From positions 65,381 to 129,380 of the forward strand of contig JAYSSK010000057.1 of assembly GCA_043720595.1 (NCBI GenBank): a DNA stretch of 64,000 bases. Reading direction: 5' to 3'. Positions 53,537 through 63,925 of the stretch are shown here, piece by piece. The notes below the pieces were generated by a model. It did not search any database, was not told the DNA's origin, and saw only the letters and a program-made list of their open reading frames with translations. The DNA is from Acidimicrobiia bacterium. Lineage in GTDB: Bacteria; Actinomycetota; Acidimicrobiia; Acidimicrobiales; JANYDT01. The position numbers were made by a program, and so were the translations under genes. Position 1 is the stretch's first letter. The number at the start of each line of letters is the position of its first letter.

Positions 53537-55751
53537 TGAGCGTGGGACTGGGCCGGCCGAAGAAGTAGCCCTGTGCCCGGTCGCACTTGATTGCCTGCAA
53601 CCTGTCGACCTGCAGTTGTGTTTCAACACCTTCAGCGATTGTGGCCAAGCCCAGCTCCTGCGCCACGCGCACCAGCGCAGATACAAGCGCGTCATCTCGG
53701 TGCTCTTGGCCCAGCCGTTGAATGAACGATTGATCGACCTTCAAAATGTCTACCGGCAGATCTCGGAGATACGCAAGCGACGAGTATCCGGTGCCGAAGT
53801 CGTCGATGGCCAACTTCACACCAAGCGCGCGTAGTTCTTCTAGACGAGGAACAACTGTGGCGCGATCAGCGAAGACGGTCTCTGTGAGTTCCAACTCGAT
53901 GAGTTCCGCAGGTACCAACGATGCTGTGATGATTGATTCCATCGTTGCTTGAAAGTTGGGGGCCATGAACTGGCGCACGGACAAGTTGACCGCGATCGTG
54001 GCCGTTTCCTTCACCGATCGGGTGGCCCGCCACGCCCGCATCTGATCCAACGCCATCTCGAGCAGCATCCAACCGAGTTCAATGATCTGGCCCGACTCCT
54101 CCGCTAGCTCGATGAAGGAGGCTGGCAACAGCACGCCTCGGCGCGGATGCTGCCAGCGGATGAGTGCCTCATACCCTTCGAGCTCATGGGTTTGCAGGTT
54201 GACCACCGGTTGATACCAAAGAGCCAGTTCGTCGGTGCGCCGAATCGCAACGCGTAGATCGGCGGAGAGTTCAAACCGTTCCCGTGTGGCCGCTTCCATC
54301 TCCTCCGCAAAGAGCACAGCCCGGTTCTTGCCCTGCTGTTTGGCCTTGTACATGGCAAGGTCGGCCCGCTTGAACATGGTTGCCGCATCCAGCGGAACAT
54401 CCTCGCCATGATGGACGGCGACCCCCACGCTGGCTGACAGCCTGACAGTGGTGCCGTTGTGCTCGAAGTTCGAATCGAGCACGTCGACAATACGTTGACC
54501 CAGCGCCACGACGGCAGCTTCGGGCTGGTCTGATTCCATCATCACGACGAACTCGTCGCCGCCGAAACGCGCAACCAACTCGCCACCGCGGCAAACCGAC
54601 AGCAGGCGCTCTGCGACCGAGATCAGTACCGTGTCGCCGACCTGGTGGCCGAACACGTCGTTAATATCCTTGAAGCCGTCACAATCGATAACGATCAAGG
54701 CCGCCCAGGACTTGGACCGGCGAATCCGCACCATCACGTCGTCGAGACGCTCGGTGAGCAGCCGTCGGTTCGGCAGCTGGGTGAGCGGGTCGCGGAACGC
54801 ACGTTCCTGCAGTTCGTGTGACGTCCGTTGACGAGCGAGGGCACCGGCAATCAGTTCGCTTGCCGTCTCCAGAAAGTTCATTCGGTACTCGTGGGCAGAC
54901 CAGATCTGCTCTGCGCACCCAAAGGCTGCGTAACCTTCGAGACGGTCCGCTGCGAAGAGCGGCACAACGAGCAACCGTTCGACAGCGTCATGCATGCCGT
55001 GGGCAAGGCGGGTAAAGGCGGCCTCATCCTCGGTGCGATGAAGCACGACCGATGTGCGCTCGCTGATCGCGACCTTCAGGATCGGCTCGTCGACAACAAA
55101 CGCTGCAGCGTCTGGCTCGACGAGGGTTGGACGTCCAACGCCCTGTCGCCCTGCCGTGGTGTAGATGGCCAGCGGCCGATCGGGGATCCACAGGCCGACG
55201 GAGCTCAGATCCGTCGCAACCATGGTCTCGACGAGAGCAACACCTATCGCAGCGTCTGTCTCGTCCAAAGGCGACAAAGCAATTCGTCGGCTGATGGAAC
55301 GAAGCGCTTGTGTTGCGCTGCTGGTGGTGACGTCAGAGTAGGTGACCAAGATGCCGTCTACTTCAAGCCGCTCACGTGAGGCCGAGGCAAGGACCTCCAA
55401 CACGCGTTGTTCACCGGATGGGCGCAAGCTTCGTACGCGCATGCGGCGGTCGAGTGCGAAGCCGTCGGCAACCGAGCGGTACTGCGAGATGGCCTGGGCT
55501 CGGTCGTCCGGGTGGAACATCGAGAAGATCGTCTTCGTTGGGTGCGCGAGGAACCACGCCTGCAGTTCGGGGTCGGTTGCTTGCAACACGCGGCCGACCC
55601 GGTCTGCAATGACGAGTCCGCTGGGAGGGATGGTGCCGATCGCCCGGTGATCGAACCCGAAAAGTACAGCCGGATCGGAGAGCAGCTCGGTGTCGGGGAG
55701 GTGGGTCTGGCCTGCGACTAACCCCGAGCTTGGATACATGCACCCATTCAT
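53493..55751 (-). CDS. PAS/GAF-GGDEF-EAL signalling protein
   Basis: RDPLTQLPNRR and RFGGDEFVV (GGDEF domain). EALIRWQHP, DDFGTGYSSL and EGVET (EAL domain). Confidence 0.92.
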   Translation of the reverse strand: MNGCMYPSSGLVAGQTHLPDTELLSDPAVLFGFDHRAIGTIPPSGLVIADRVGRVLQATDPELQAWFLAHPTKTIFSMFHPDDRAQAISQYRSVADGFALDRRMRVRSLRPSGEQRVLEVLASASRERLEVDGILVTYSDVTTSSATQALRSISRRIALSPLDETDAAIGVALVETMVATDLSSVGLWIPDRPLAIYTTAGRQGVGRPTLVEPDAAAFVVDEPILKVAISERTSVVLHRTEDEAAFTRLAHGMHDAVERLLVVPLFAADRLEGYAAFGCAEQIWSAHEYRMNFLETASELIAGALARQRTSHELQERAFRDPLTQLPNRRLLTERLDDVMVRIRRSKSWAALIVIDCDGFKDINDVFGHQVGDTVLISVAERLLSVCRGGELVARFGGDEFVVMMESDQPEAAVVALGQRIVDVLDSNFEHNGTTVRLSASVGVAVHHGEDVPLDAATMFKRADLAMYKAKQQGKNRAVLFAEEMEAATRERFELSADLRVAIRRTDELALWYQPVVNLQTHELEGYEALIRWQHPRRGVLLPASFIELAEESGQIIELGWMLLEMALDQMRAWRATRSVKETATIAVNLSVRQFMAPNFQATMESIITASLVPAELIELELTETVFADRATVVPRLEELRALGVKLAIDDFGTGYSSLAYLRDLPVDILKVDQSFIQRLGQEHRDDALVSALVRVAQELGLATIAEGVETQLQVDRLQAIKCDRAQGYFFGRPSPTLIIPSATSTIRLPSR

Positions 55752-55929
55752 CGGTGGCGTTTTCGAGCCGCTTGAGGACGTTCGCCCAGAGTGACATTCG
55801 ATTCAGCGATGCATCATCGGGCCTCGTCAGAGCAGGTCGAACGGTGTATCACCAAGCGATGCGTTGCACACCCAAACCCAGCCAACCGTTGTCAGATCGT
55901 GCCCAGTGGGTCACGCGTCGGCCTGCGAG

Positions 55930-57780
55930 TCATTGCGGACCGCCACGGAGCGCAAGCACTGCCTCGCACAGTGAAAGGAGGGCGGGCGCGTGGGGCCGAT
56001 TTCCTAGGTGTGCATTGGAACGCGGGTCGAGGTGCGACGGAACCGTCAGCACCGGAAGTGACGCCGACCGCTCTCGGGGAGGCGGGTTAGCCGCTGCCCC
56101 GAGCGCGGATGTGAGCGCTGTCCGCAGAAGTTCCATTCGGGTATTGGCTTCGTCCCAGCGACCCAGCCTGCAGAATGCGCTGACCAGGTCGGCCGTGGCG
56201 CTCACATCGGCACCCTGGCCCGGCGCGAACCCGTCGTCAGCGTGCGGCAGGTGGCGGTGGACAAGGCCATGGTCGTCGAGTTGTGCGGTGGTTTGTCCGA
56301 TGGCGTTCATCACGCGGACTTGGGCCTCACCCTCGTCATCGTCGGGAAGGTCGGGGAAGTCACCTGTCGGGTCTGCCGGCGCGATCCACCGCAGCAACTG
56401 CGCGTCTGACGTGTCGTCGTCGATGGCTCTGCGCCAACCCGCGGTGGCGTTGAGCCCGAAGCATCCGTTGGCGCGTAGCCAATGGCTGAGTTCGCGTGCG
56501 ATGGCGTCCCACTCGACAGCAGCAAGCGATAGAGGGTCGTGACGCCGTTCAGTTGCAGCCGCCGCACGCAACGAAGCCCGGGCTGCGATGGCTGACGAGA
56601 CCCACCTCGTTGCCGACTGGCGGTCGCGGTGTCGGCGCGTGTCGATCTGTCCGGCCCAGCGGCCTCCGTCGACAAGCGTCGGCGCCCGGAACTGTTCGGC
56701 GAGTCGGTTGGCGGTCGACACAATCACGCGTCGGTCACGGTTTGCGTCGAGCACCAACGATGCACTTGCAACGGCGGTGAGGTCTGTGCTTGGGGCGCCG
56801 CGGTCGCTGCGACGAACGGGCTGATGCCCGCTCCAGCCGGACAACATGAGGTCAGTTTCCTCGGTGGCGTCGCTGCCGTCGGCCCGCCGTGCACGGGCGA
56901 AGCCGCGCGACAGCGCATCTGCAATCCAGCGCCGGGTCGGATCAGCGAGGTCATAACGGTCGAGGCGCTCGCAGAGGCGCACAAACCGCGATGCGTCCTC
57001 GAGGTGGGCAAGACGTTCGTCGAACTGCCTTTCGCCTCCGATTTGAGTAGGAAGCGACGTGGTGAATGCCCGGAGGATGGCCCCGGTGTCAATGTTGTTG
57101 AGCAGTAGCAATTGCTGAAACCATCCACGCAGATGCATACGCCATGGCCCGTCGTAACTGTTGTCCAGCTTGTGTCGCCATGCGCGCGACAAATCAGCGA
57201 TGTGGCGGTCGTAAACCTCTCGTCTAACCCGATGGTCCTCGGCGTCGGGCGAGATCGTGATCATCAGCGACTCGCCTTGGTGCAGGACAGTCGGACCGTC
57301 TGGGTCGATACCGCGAACGCCGATGACGGCTGCCCCGAGGTCGGTCGAAACCCACGCCACCGAATCGCTGCCTCGATAAGTACGCATAGGTTGTGAGAAC
57401 CGAGACCCGCCGACAACCGTGCCGTGCAACTCAGCGCGCCCACCGAGGACGGTCACCAGGCGGACGATGGTTCCATTGCCGAAACCATGCTGTCCATCAG
57501 CCATGTGGTCATGAATCGTGACCGTCGCGTCGGGCGAACGAAGGGTTGTGATGAGTACCGGCGCGTCGCCGAAGCGGCTCGCCGTTGTGTTCGTCGTGCC
57601 CGGAAGCTCAAGCGAGAGGTGTCCGCCTGCAACGTGCACGAGCGAATAGAACGCAGCATCGTGCTCGATTGATTGGGGTGTCCACCAGGTGATGTCGGCA
57701 CCCGGGCCGACGAGAGCACCCGAGCGTCCGTTGCCAATGGGGTGCAACGATGCGAACTGGGTCGGCTCTGGTGGAGGCAC
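55930..57780 (-). CDS. glycoside hydrolase family 15 protein (glucoamylase/trehalase-like)
   Basis: N-terminal HPIGNGRSGALVGPGADITWW.P..IEHDAAFYSLV pattern and an (alpha/alpha)6-type C-half. It starts 3 nt after the greA stop. Confidence 0.75.
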   Translation of the reverse strand: MPPPEPTQFASLHPIGNGRSGALVGPGADITWWTPQSIEHDAAFYSLVHVAGGHLSLELPGTTNTTASRFGDAPVLITTLRSPDATVTIHDHMADGQHGFGNGTIVRLVTVLGGRAELHGTVVGGSRFSQPMRTYRGSDSVAWVSTDLGAAVIGVRGIDPDGPTVLHQGESLMITISPDAEDHRVRREVYDRHIADLSRAWRHKLDNSYDGPWRMHLRGWFQQLLLLNNIDTGAILRAFTTSLPTQIGGERQFDERLAHLEDASRFVRLCERLDRYDLADPTRRWIADALSRGFARARRADGSDATEETDLMLSGWSGHQPVRRSDRGAPSTDLTAVASASLVLDANRDRRVIVSTANRLAEQFRAPTLVDGGRWAGQIDTRRHRDRQSATRWVSSAIAARASLRAAAATERRHDPLSLAAVEWDAIARELSHWLRANGCFGLNATAGWRRAIDDDTSDAQLLRWIAPADPTGDFPDLPDDDEGEAQVRVMNAIGQTTAQLDDHGLVHRHLPHADDGFAPGQGADVSATADLVSAFCRLGRWDEANTRMELLRTALTSALGAAANPPPRERSASLPVLTVPSHLDPRSNAHLGNRPHAPALLSLCEAVLALRGGPQ

Positions 57781-57783
57781 CGA

Positions 57784-58245
57784 TCAGGCCGAGATCGAGA
57801 CGATCTCGACCTTCATCGAGCGCCCGTTGACTTGATACTCGGCAGCGTCGCCTGGGCGCTTCCCCATCAGGGCTTTGCCCATGGGGGATTCTGGCGACAT
57901 GATGTCCATGCCATCACGGCGCTCTTCGATGGAGCCGAGTAGGTAGATCTCGGTGTCGGTGTCTCCCTGCCACCGGATGGTGACGACCGCGCCGGTAGAC
58001 ACGACTGAGGTGTCGACGGCCTTGACGATCTCGGCCTCGTCGAGGATGGCGCGGATCTGACGCATGCGGGCGTCCATTTTTCCTTGCTCTTCCTTAGCGG
58101 CGTGGTACTCGCCGTTTTCGGACAGGTCACCGAGTTCGCGTGCCGCTTCGATACGACGTGCGATCTCGATCTTGCCGCGTGTCGACAAATCGGCGAATTC
58201 GGCCGTCAACCGGTCGAATGTCTCTTTGGAAAGCTTGGTTGCCAC
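57784..58245 (-). CDS. greA: transcription elongation factor GreA
   Basis: LTAEFADLSTRGKIEIARRIEAARELGDLSENGEYHAAKEEQG and a C-terminal FKBP-like domain. GTG 58245. Confidence 0.9.
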   Translation of the reverse strand: MATKLSKETFDRLTAEFADLSTRGKIEIARRIEAARELGDLSENGEYHAAKEEQGKMDARMRQIRAILDEAEIVKAVDTSVVSTGAVVTIRWQGDTDTEIYLLGSIEERRDGMDIMSPESPMGKALMGKRPGDAAEYQVNGRSMKVEIVSISA

Positions 58246-58255
58246 GAACGAGAGG

Positions 58256-59140
58256 TTAGGCCCCACCCGAGCCGGCGAGCACCAAGGCGAGGAAAGCGAA
58301 CGCGTTGTTGGCCATGTGGAGGGCAATGTTGACCTTCAGCGAACCGGTGCGGTGGTAGAGGTAACCAAACACCGCTCCCAATAAGGCAAGGATGGGAAAC
58401 GCCAGGGGTTGAAAATGGATGGCTCCGAACAATGCCGACGACAAGACGATCGCCATCCAGGGCTTCATTCGGCGGCTAAGCGCAGTCTGGAGATATCCGC
58501 GGAACAACAGTTCCTCCACGATGGGTGCAACAACCGCTATGGCGAGAAACCCGAGCGCGACGCCTGCGGGGGAGTCCAGCCCGTCGACGATGGCGTTGGT
58601 GTCGCCTTGAGCTTCCTTGCCCTTGAGGACCGTGCCGGTGTAGAACGCGCTGATGAGCAGTGCGCCGCCCATCAGTCCAATGCCATACCCGATAGTGGTG
58701 CCGATCGACAGCCGGCTGCTGGCGAACAGTCCAATGTTGCGGTAGCGATTCTCCTTGCGTAGATGGGTCCAGAGGACTGCGATGGTGATGACGCCGGTCA
58801 GGACCAGCGCGAGCAGAATCGGCACTCCACTGGCGTTGAGCAGGGCCTCTTGGGTGAGCTTGCGGTCGCCGCTGGTGAGCTTGTCTCGCAGGGACGGGTC
58901 TACCAATGCAGCGATGACCATCACCGGGATCAACACGAGTACCTGAAGCGCGAAGTACATGACGATCCACACCACGCTGATCACGATGCCTGGGACCGTC
59001 GGGTGTCTGTCGTTTTGCCTGTCGTTATGCCAGTCGTCGTGCGAGCGGTCGCCCGAGGGGACAGCCGTGCCGACCATCGGCATCGAGGGAGAGGCCTGAA
59101 CCCAGAGAGGCGGCTGAATCGGCTCTGTCGGCAGTGGCAC
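58256..59140 (-). CDS. CPBP-family intramembrane metalloprotease
   Basis: EELLFRGYLQ and FGAIHF motifs with multiple TM helices. Confidence 0.85.
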   Translation of the reverse strand: MPLPTEPIQPPLWVQASPSMPMVGTAVPSGDRSHDDWHNDRQNDRHPTVPGIVISVVWIVMYFALQVLVLIPVMVIAALVDPSLRDKLTSGDRKLTQEALLNASGVPILLALVLTGVITIAVLWTHLRKENRYRNIGLFASSRLSIGTTIGYGIGLMGGALLISAFYTGTVLKGKEAQGDTNAIVDGLDSPAGVALGFLAIAVVAPIVEELLFRGYLQTALSRRMKPWMAIVLSSALFGAIHFQPLAFPILALLGAVFGYLYHRTGSLKVNIALHMANNAFAFLALVLAGSGGA

Positions 59141-59246
59141 CGCCCCGGTCTAGCAAAGCCCGCGAGAGAGGTGCGCGAGCGCGTATCGTCGGAGGCCATT
59201 AGCTGAGAAGTTGGCCCGGATCGTGGGTCGGAAGGTGGCTCACAAG

Positions 59247-60239
59247 ATGTCTCACAACGTGGCAGTGCTCGGAGGCGACGGAATCGGCCCAGAGGTAACC
59301 GCCGAGGCGCTCAAGGTCATCCGTGCCGCAGGCGTGCAACTCAACACCACTGAATACGACCTCGGTGGTCGCAGGTACGCAGCCACCGGCGAGATTCTCA
59401 GCGACGCCACACTCGACGAGTTGCGCGGGTTCGACGCCATCTTGTTGGGCGCCATCGGCACACCGGCAGTGCCGCCCGGTGTGCTGGAGCGCGGGTTGTT
59501 GCTCCGCATGCGCTTCTCCCTCGACCTCTACATCAACCAACGACCGTTCCTGTTTCCGACCAACAACGTCGACTGCATCGTGATCCGCGAGAACACTGAA
59601 GGCACCTACGCCGGTGAGGGCGGGTTCCTCCGCAAGGACACCCCTTTCGAGATCGCCACGCAAGGGTCGGTCAACACACGAATGGGAGTCGAGCGATGCG
59701 TGCGTCACGCCTTTGCGCTCGCCCAGACACGCCCCCGCAAGCATCTCACGCTGGTGCACAAGACCAACGTGCTCCAATTCGCCGGGGATCTCTGGCAGCG
59801 CACGTTCAACGCCGTGGCCGCCGAATATCCCGATGTGCAGACGGCCTATAACCATGTAGACGCAGCGTGTATCTACTTTGTCGAATCGCCACAGCGTTAC
59901 GACGTACTGGTGACAGACAACCTCTTCGGCGACATCCTCACCGACCTTGCTGGGGCGGTCTCGGGCGGCGTGGGGCTGGCGGCTTCGGCAAACCTCAACC
60001 CGACGCGTACTGGGCCGTCGATGTTTGAACCGGTGCACGGTTCGGCACCAGACATCGTTGGCACCGGCAAAGCCGACCCGCGTGCTGCCATCATCAGCGC
60101 AGCCATGATGCTCGAGTTCCTGGGTGAACTGGCTGCAGCTGCGCGGATTCGGGCGGTGGTCGATTCCACCCTCGGTGCCTCGTCTATGCCAGTCGGTCCA
60201 ACAGCGGCGATCGGTGACTGGGTCGCCGGACGGCTGTAA
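59247..60239 (+). CDS. leuB: 3-isopropylmalate dehydrogenase
   Basis: [28 protein letters not shown] and [12 protein letters not shown]. Confidence 0.95.
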   Translation: MSHNVAVLGGDGIGPEVTAEALKVIRAAGVQLNTTEYDLGGRRYAATGEILSDATLDELRGFDAILLGAIGTPAVPPGVLERGLLLRMRFSLDLYINQRPFLFPTNNVDCIVIRENTEGTYAGEGGFLRKDTPFEIATQGSVNTRMGVERCVRHAFALAQTRPRKHLTLVHKTNVLQFAGDLWQRTFNAVAAEYPDVQTAYNHVDAACIYFVESPQRYDVLVTDNLFGDILTDLAGAVSGGVGLAASANLNPTRTGPSMFEPVHGSAPDIVGTGKADPRAAIISAAMMLEFLGELAAAARIRAVVDSTLGASSMPVGPTAAIGDWVAGRL

Positions 60240-60528
60240 CGAGAGGGATCTGCGCCCAATCGTTGCGCGCTCAGAGTGGCGATGCGGGACTACGGACTGG
60301 CTTTCGAAGTCGAGCTGTTACGCTGCTCCGGTCACCTTGCTGGCCTGTGCACCATCAGATTTTTCGACCGTCAGCGGTCTCAACCTGTGGATGTGTACGG
60401 GTGTCATCGGTCCATCGGGTTGGCGCTACGGCGCCGCGACCGGTGGTGCCAGTGTCTGGCACCGGAAAAACGGACCGCCAATTCGGCCGCGTGACTGCAA
60501 CGCAACAAATCCAATCAAGGGGAGAAAC

Positions 60529-61716
60529 ATGAAGAGAAACGTCAAGGCAACAATCCTGATGTTCGGCGCGCTGATGTTGCTGGGAACAGCATGCGGCAGC
60601 GATGCAACGAATGCAGTCGACGCCGTCGACTCTGCAGTTGATTCGGTCGTCGACTCGGTCGTCGAAGAGGCTCCTGTCACCGAGGCAGCCGCAACCGAAG
60701 AAGCACCTGTTACCGAGGCTGCTGCTGCAGCCGAAACCACCGTTGCTGGCGCAGCAGCTGCAACCGGCGGACGCGCTTGCGTGATCCTGCCAGACGCCGA
60801 CAGCGGCACTCGCTGGGAGACCGGCGACCGTCCAGCACTGAACGACGCAATGACGGCTGCTGGCTTCGAAGCTGACATCCAGAACGCTCAGAGCGACCCA
60901 GCCAAGTACGCCACCATCGGCGACCAGCAGCTCACCAAGGGCTGTGGCGTCATGATCCTGGTTGATCACCAGGGCGCAGGCGTTGGCGTTGCCGAAAAGG
61001 CTAAGGCCCAGGGCATCCCAGTTATCGCGTACGACCGCCCAATCGCTGGTGCGGATTACTACGTGTCCTTCGACAACGCATATGTTGGCGAACTCCAGGG
61101 CCAGACCATCGTCGACGGCCTCAAGGCCGCAGGCCTTGATCCAGCAACTGCAAGCGTCGTCTTCTCGTCGGGCGATCCTGCCGACGGCAACGCCAAGATG
61201 TTCTTCGACGGCGCCAAGAAGATCCTCGACGCAGCTGGCGTGAAGCCAGCCTTCGAAATGACCGGAACCTGGGACGGCGCAAAGGCCGGCACCCTCTTCG
61301 AGCAGGCGTACACCGCTGTTCAGGGCAAGGTTGACGCAGTCCTCGCACCAAACGACAACAACGCAGCTTCGATCATTGCCATCCTCGACAAGAACGGCAA
61401 GAAGGCCGTCATCTCCGGCCAGGACGCTTCGGTTGCCGGTTTGCAGAACGTGTTGCTTGGCAAGCAGACCGCAACGGTCTACAAGCCATTCAAGGTTGAG
61501 GCCAAGTCGGCTTCGGACCTGGCAATCGCACTGCTGAAGGGCGAGAAGCCAACCACCGAGAAGAAGCTTGAAGACGGCACGCCGTTCGTTGCTTCGACCC
61601 CAATCCTGGTTGGCGCAGACAAGGTCAAGGACGTTGTTGCAGCTGGCGACGCGAAGGCCGCTGACATCTGCACCGGAGATGTCGCCGCAGCCTGCACCGC
61701 CAACGGCGTTGCTTGA
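60529..61716 (+). CDS. xylF: D-xylose-type ABC transporter substrate-binding lipoprotein
   Basis: Lipobox LLGTAC. IPVIAYDRPI.GADYYVSFDNAYVGELQGQ, NDNNAASIIA, ISGQDASVAGLQ and TVYKP closely follow XylF. GGGGAGAA lies upstream of ATG 60529. Confidence 0.85.
   Translation: MKRNVKATILMFGALMLLGTACGSDATNAVDAVDSAVDSVVDSVVEEAPVTEAAATEEAPVTEAAAAAETTVAGAAAATGGRACVILPDADSGTRWETGDRPALNDAMTAAGFEADIQNAQSDPAKYATIGDQQLTKGCGVMILVDHQGAGVGVAEKAKAQGIPVIAYDRPIAGADYYVSFDNAYVGELQGQTIVDGLKAAGLDPATASVVFSSGDPADGNAKMFFDGAKKILDAAGVKPAFEMTGTWDGAKAGTLFEQAYTAVQGKVDAVLAPNDNNAASIIAILDKNGKKAVISGQDASVAGLQNVLLGKQTATVYKPFKVEAKSASDLAIALLKGEKPTTEKKLEDGTPFVASTPILVGADKVKDVVAAGDAKAADICTGDVAAACTANGVA
60640..60729 (+). repeat. in-frame tandem repeats in the XylF linker (12 bp x2, then about 33 bp x2)
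   Basis: gattcggtcgtc/gactcggtcgtc encode DSVVDSVV. The 33-bp units encode EEAPVTEAAAT/EEAPVTEAAAA. Confidence 0.8.
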
Positions 61717-61765
61717 TTCAAGCTTGTGTGAATTGCTGACCTGAGGATCCGTTCTTCAGCCAGCT

Positions 61766-61814
61766 GGCCGCTGTGTCCACCGAATTCGGTGGGTGCGGCG
61801 GCCTTTTTCATTTT
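61766..61814 (+). terminator. intrinsic terminator after xylF
   Basis: The stem is ggccgc..ccaccgaattcggtgg..gcggcc. It is followed by tttttcatttt. Confidence 0.7.
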
Positions 61815-61922
61815 CCGGTGGCACCCATGCAGGCGAATTCGCTCGTCGCGCGCCCACCGCTCAATTTTTCGCACCAGAATCAATTCTGTATTTGTCAGCC
61901 GTCGCAGTAAGAAGAGGAACCT

Positions 61923-62678
61923 ATGGGCACCGATGTGCCGTTGATTGAACTGTCGGGCGTCAAGAAGAGCTTTGGGCCAGTCGAGGTGCTGAAGGGGATC
62001 GACTTCAAGGCATACGCAGGCCAGGTCACTGCCCTTGTGGGTGACAACGGCGCAGGCAAGTCCACCCTTATCAAGGGAATCGCGGGCGTGCAGTCATATG
62101 ACTCCGGCACGATCTCCTTCCAGGGGTCGGTGGTGCACCTGAAGTCAGCACGCGACGCTGCAGCCATTGGCATCGAGGTCGTTTACCAAGACCTTGCCCT
62201 GTGCGAGAACCTCGACATTGTCCAGAACATGTTCCTTGGCCGCGAAGAAACTGCCGCTGGCACGCTCGACGAGGCTTCCATGGAATTGCAGGCCACACAG
62301 ACGCTGAAGGGGCTTTCGGTGCGCACGGTGAAGTCCGTCCGCCAGAAGGTTGCGTCGTTGTCCGGTGGGCAACGCCAAACCGTTGCCATTGCCCGGGCGG
62401 TGCTGCGCAACGCCAAGCTGGTGCTCCTCGACGAACCCACAGCGGCCCTCGGTGTTGCGCAGACCGAGCAGGTGCTGCAGCTGGTCCGCCGCCTCGCTGA
62501 CTCTGGCGTCGGTGTCATCATGATCAGCCACAACCTGGCTGACGTGTTCAAAGTCTGCGACCAGGTCAGCGTGCTGTACCTGGGCCACATGGTGGCTTCG
62601 CTCAAGACGTCAGACACCACGCACAACGACGTGGTCGGTTACATCACCGGAACCCGCAGCAAGGACGACGAAGAATGA
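61923..62678 (+). CDS. sugar ABC transporter ATP-binding protein (single NBD)
   Basis: Walker A GDNGAGKST, signature LSGGQRQTVAIARA and Walker B LVLLDEPTAAL. Confidence 0.92.
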   Translation: MGTDVPLIELSGVKKSFGPVEVLKGIDFKAYAGQVTALVGDNGAGKSTLIKGIAGVQSYDSGTISFQGSVVHLKSARDAAAIGIEVVYQDLALCENLDIVQNMFLGREETAAGTLDEASMELQATQTLKGLSVRTVKSVRQKVASLSGGQRQTVAIARAVLRNAKLVLLDEPTAALGVAQTEQVLQLVRRLADSGVGVIMISHNLADVFKVCDQVSVLYLGHMVASLKTSDTTHNDVVGYITGTRSKDDEE

Positions 62679-63922
62679 GCACCACTCCCGAGACGGTTCC
62701 AACCGAGGATCACCCCACCGGCGTCGTCAGCCAGCTACGCGGTGCGTTGCACGACTATGTGGCCCGCGTCCGCGGCGGCGACATGGGCGTGCTGCCGGCG
62801 CTGCTAGCGATGCTTGTACTCACGGTGCTGTTCTGGCAGAAGAGCGAGTTCTTCCTCACCCGCCTCAACATCGCCAACCTGTTTGTACAGGCCTCCACCC
62901 TGATGGTGTTCACGTGCGCACTGGTTTTCCTCATCATCCTCACCGAACTCGACCTGTCCGCAGGCGTCACCGGTGGAACGGCCATGGCCGTGTTCATCAA
63001 GCTTGTTAAGGGTGGATGGCCATGGGGGGCGGCCCTGTTCGTGGCAGTGTTGGTCGGTGTCGGCACAGGTCTCTTGCTCGGGTTCTTCGTTGCGAAGATC
63101 GGGGTACCTGCATTCGTAGTCACGCTTGGCTTCTTCCTCGGCTACCAGGGGCTGATGCTCGTATTGCTGGGCGACGGCGGAATCTTCCGCATCGAAACCA
63201 AGCCGCTCAAAGCGATCATGAACGACAACCTCAAGCCGTGGATGGGCTGGTTGATGTTCGCTGTGATCGCGGCAATCGCAATTGGGCTGTCCGCTTACGA
63301 TCGAACACGTCGGGCCAAGCGTGGCCTTCCCAACCCGCCGATGGCGTTGGGGATCGTCAAGGTCGGGGGCGGGCTGGCACTTGCTGCGGCCATCGTTGCG
63401 TTCTTGAACGCCAACCGGAGCAAGTCGGTGAAGCAGATCCAAGGCGTGCCGATTGTGGTGCCCATCGTGTTGTTGCTCCTCTTCGTCGGCCAGTTCGTTC
63501 TCCTGCGCACCCGCTTCGGGCTCCACATCTACGCGGTGGGCGGCAATCCCGAGGCTGCACGGCGTGCCGGTATCAACGTCACTCGGATGCGGATCTCCGG
63601 TTTCGTCATCTGTTCCACGTTGTCGGTGGTCGCTGGGCTGTTCCATGCATCGCGGGTCGGGTCGATCGAGTCAACTGCAGGTCGCCAGATCGTGCTCAGC
63701 GCAGTTGGTGCTGCCGTCGTTGGCGGCGTCAGCCTGTTCGGTGGCCGCGGCAATCTGAAGAACGCTGCCATTGGCGCCTTCGTCATCGCCATGATCGACA
63801 ACGGACTGGGTCTGCTGCAGTTGAAAGGCGGAATCAACTTCCTCGTAACTGGCGGCGTGTTGGTGCTGGCTGCTTCGGTCGATGCGCTGTCGCGTAAACG
63901 CAACGCGGCTGTCGGACGTTGA
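62675..63922 (+). CDS. xylH: sugar ABC transporter permease (XylH-like)
   Basis: ELDLSAGV, FVVTLG, a basic cytoplasmic loop (RTRRAKRGLPNP) and YAVGGNPEAARRAGINV. Its start overlaps the ATPase stop (ATGA). Confidence 0.85.
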   Translation: MSTTPETVPTEDHPTGVVSQLRGALHDYVARVRGGDMGVLPALLAMLVLTVLFWQKSEFFLTRLNIANLFVQASTLMVFTCALVFLIILTELDLSAGVTGGTAMAVFIKLVKGGWPWGAALFVAVLVGVGTGLLLGFFVAKIGVPAFVVTLGFFLGYQGLMLVLLGDGGIFRIETKPLKAIMNDNLKPWMGWLMFAVIAAIAIGLSAYDRTRRAKRGLPNPPMALGIVKVGGGLALAAAIVAFLNANRSKSVKQIQGVPIVVPIVLLLLFVGQFVLLRTRFGLHIYAVGGNPEAARRAGINVTRMRISGFVICSTLSVVAGLFHASRVGSIESTAGRQIVLSAVGAAVVGGVSLFGGRGNLKNAAIGAFVIAMIDNGLGLLQLKGGINFLVTGGVLVLAASVDALSRKRNAAVGR

Positions 63923-63925
63923 CCA

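Noticed and set aside
60443-60463. Hairpin ggtgccag-tgt-ctggcacc in the xylF 5' region as a terminator or riboswitch
   Set aside because: It has no following T-tract on either strand. I could not recognise any known riboswitch consensus in 60240-60528. It is noted only as part of a long leader.
62804-63897. 280-aa minus-strand and 293-aa plus-strand ORFs inside the xylH region
   Set aside because: They are alternative-frame shadows of the permease gene and have Arg/His-rich, non-membrane composition.
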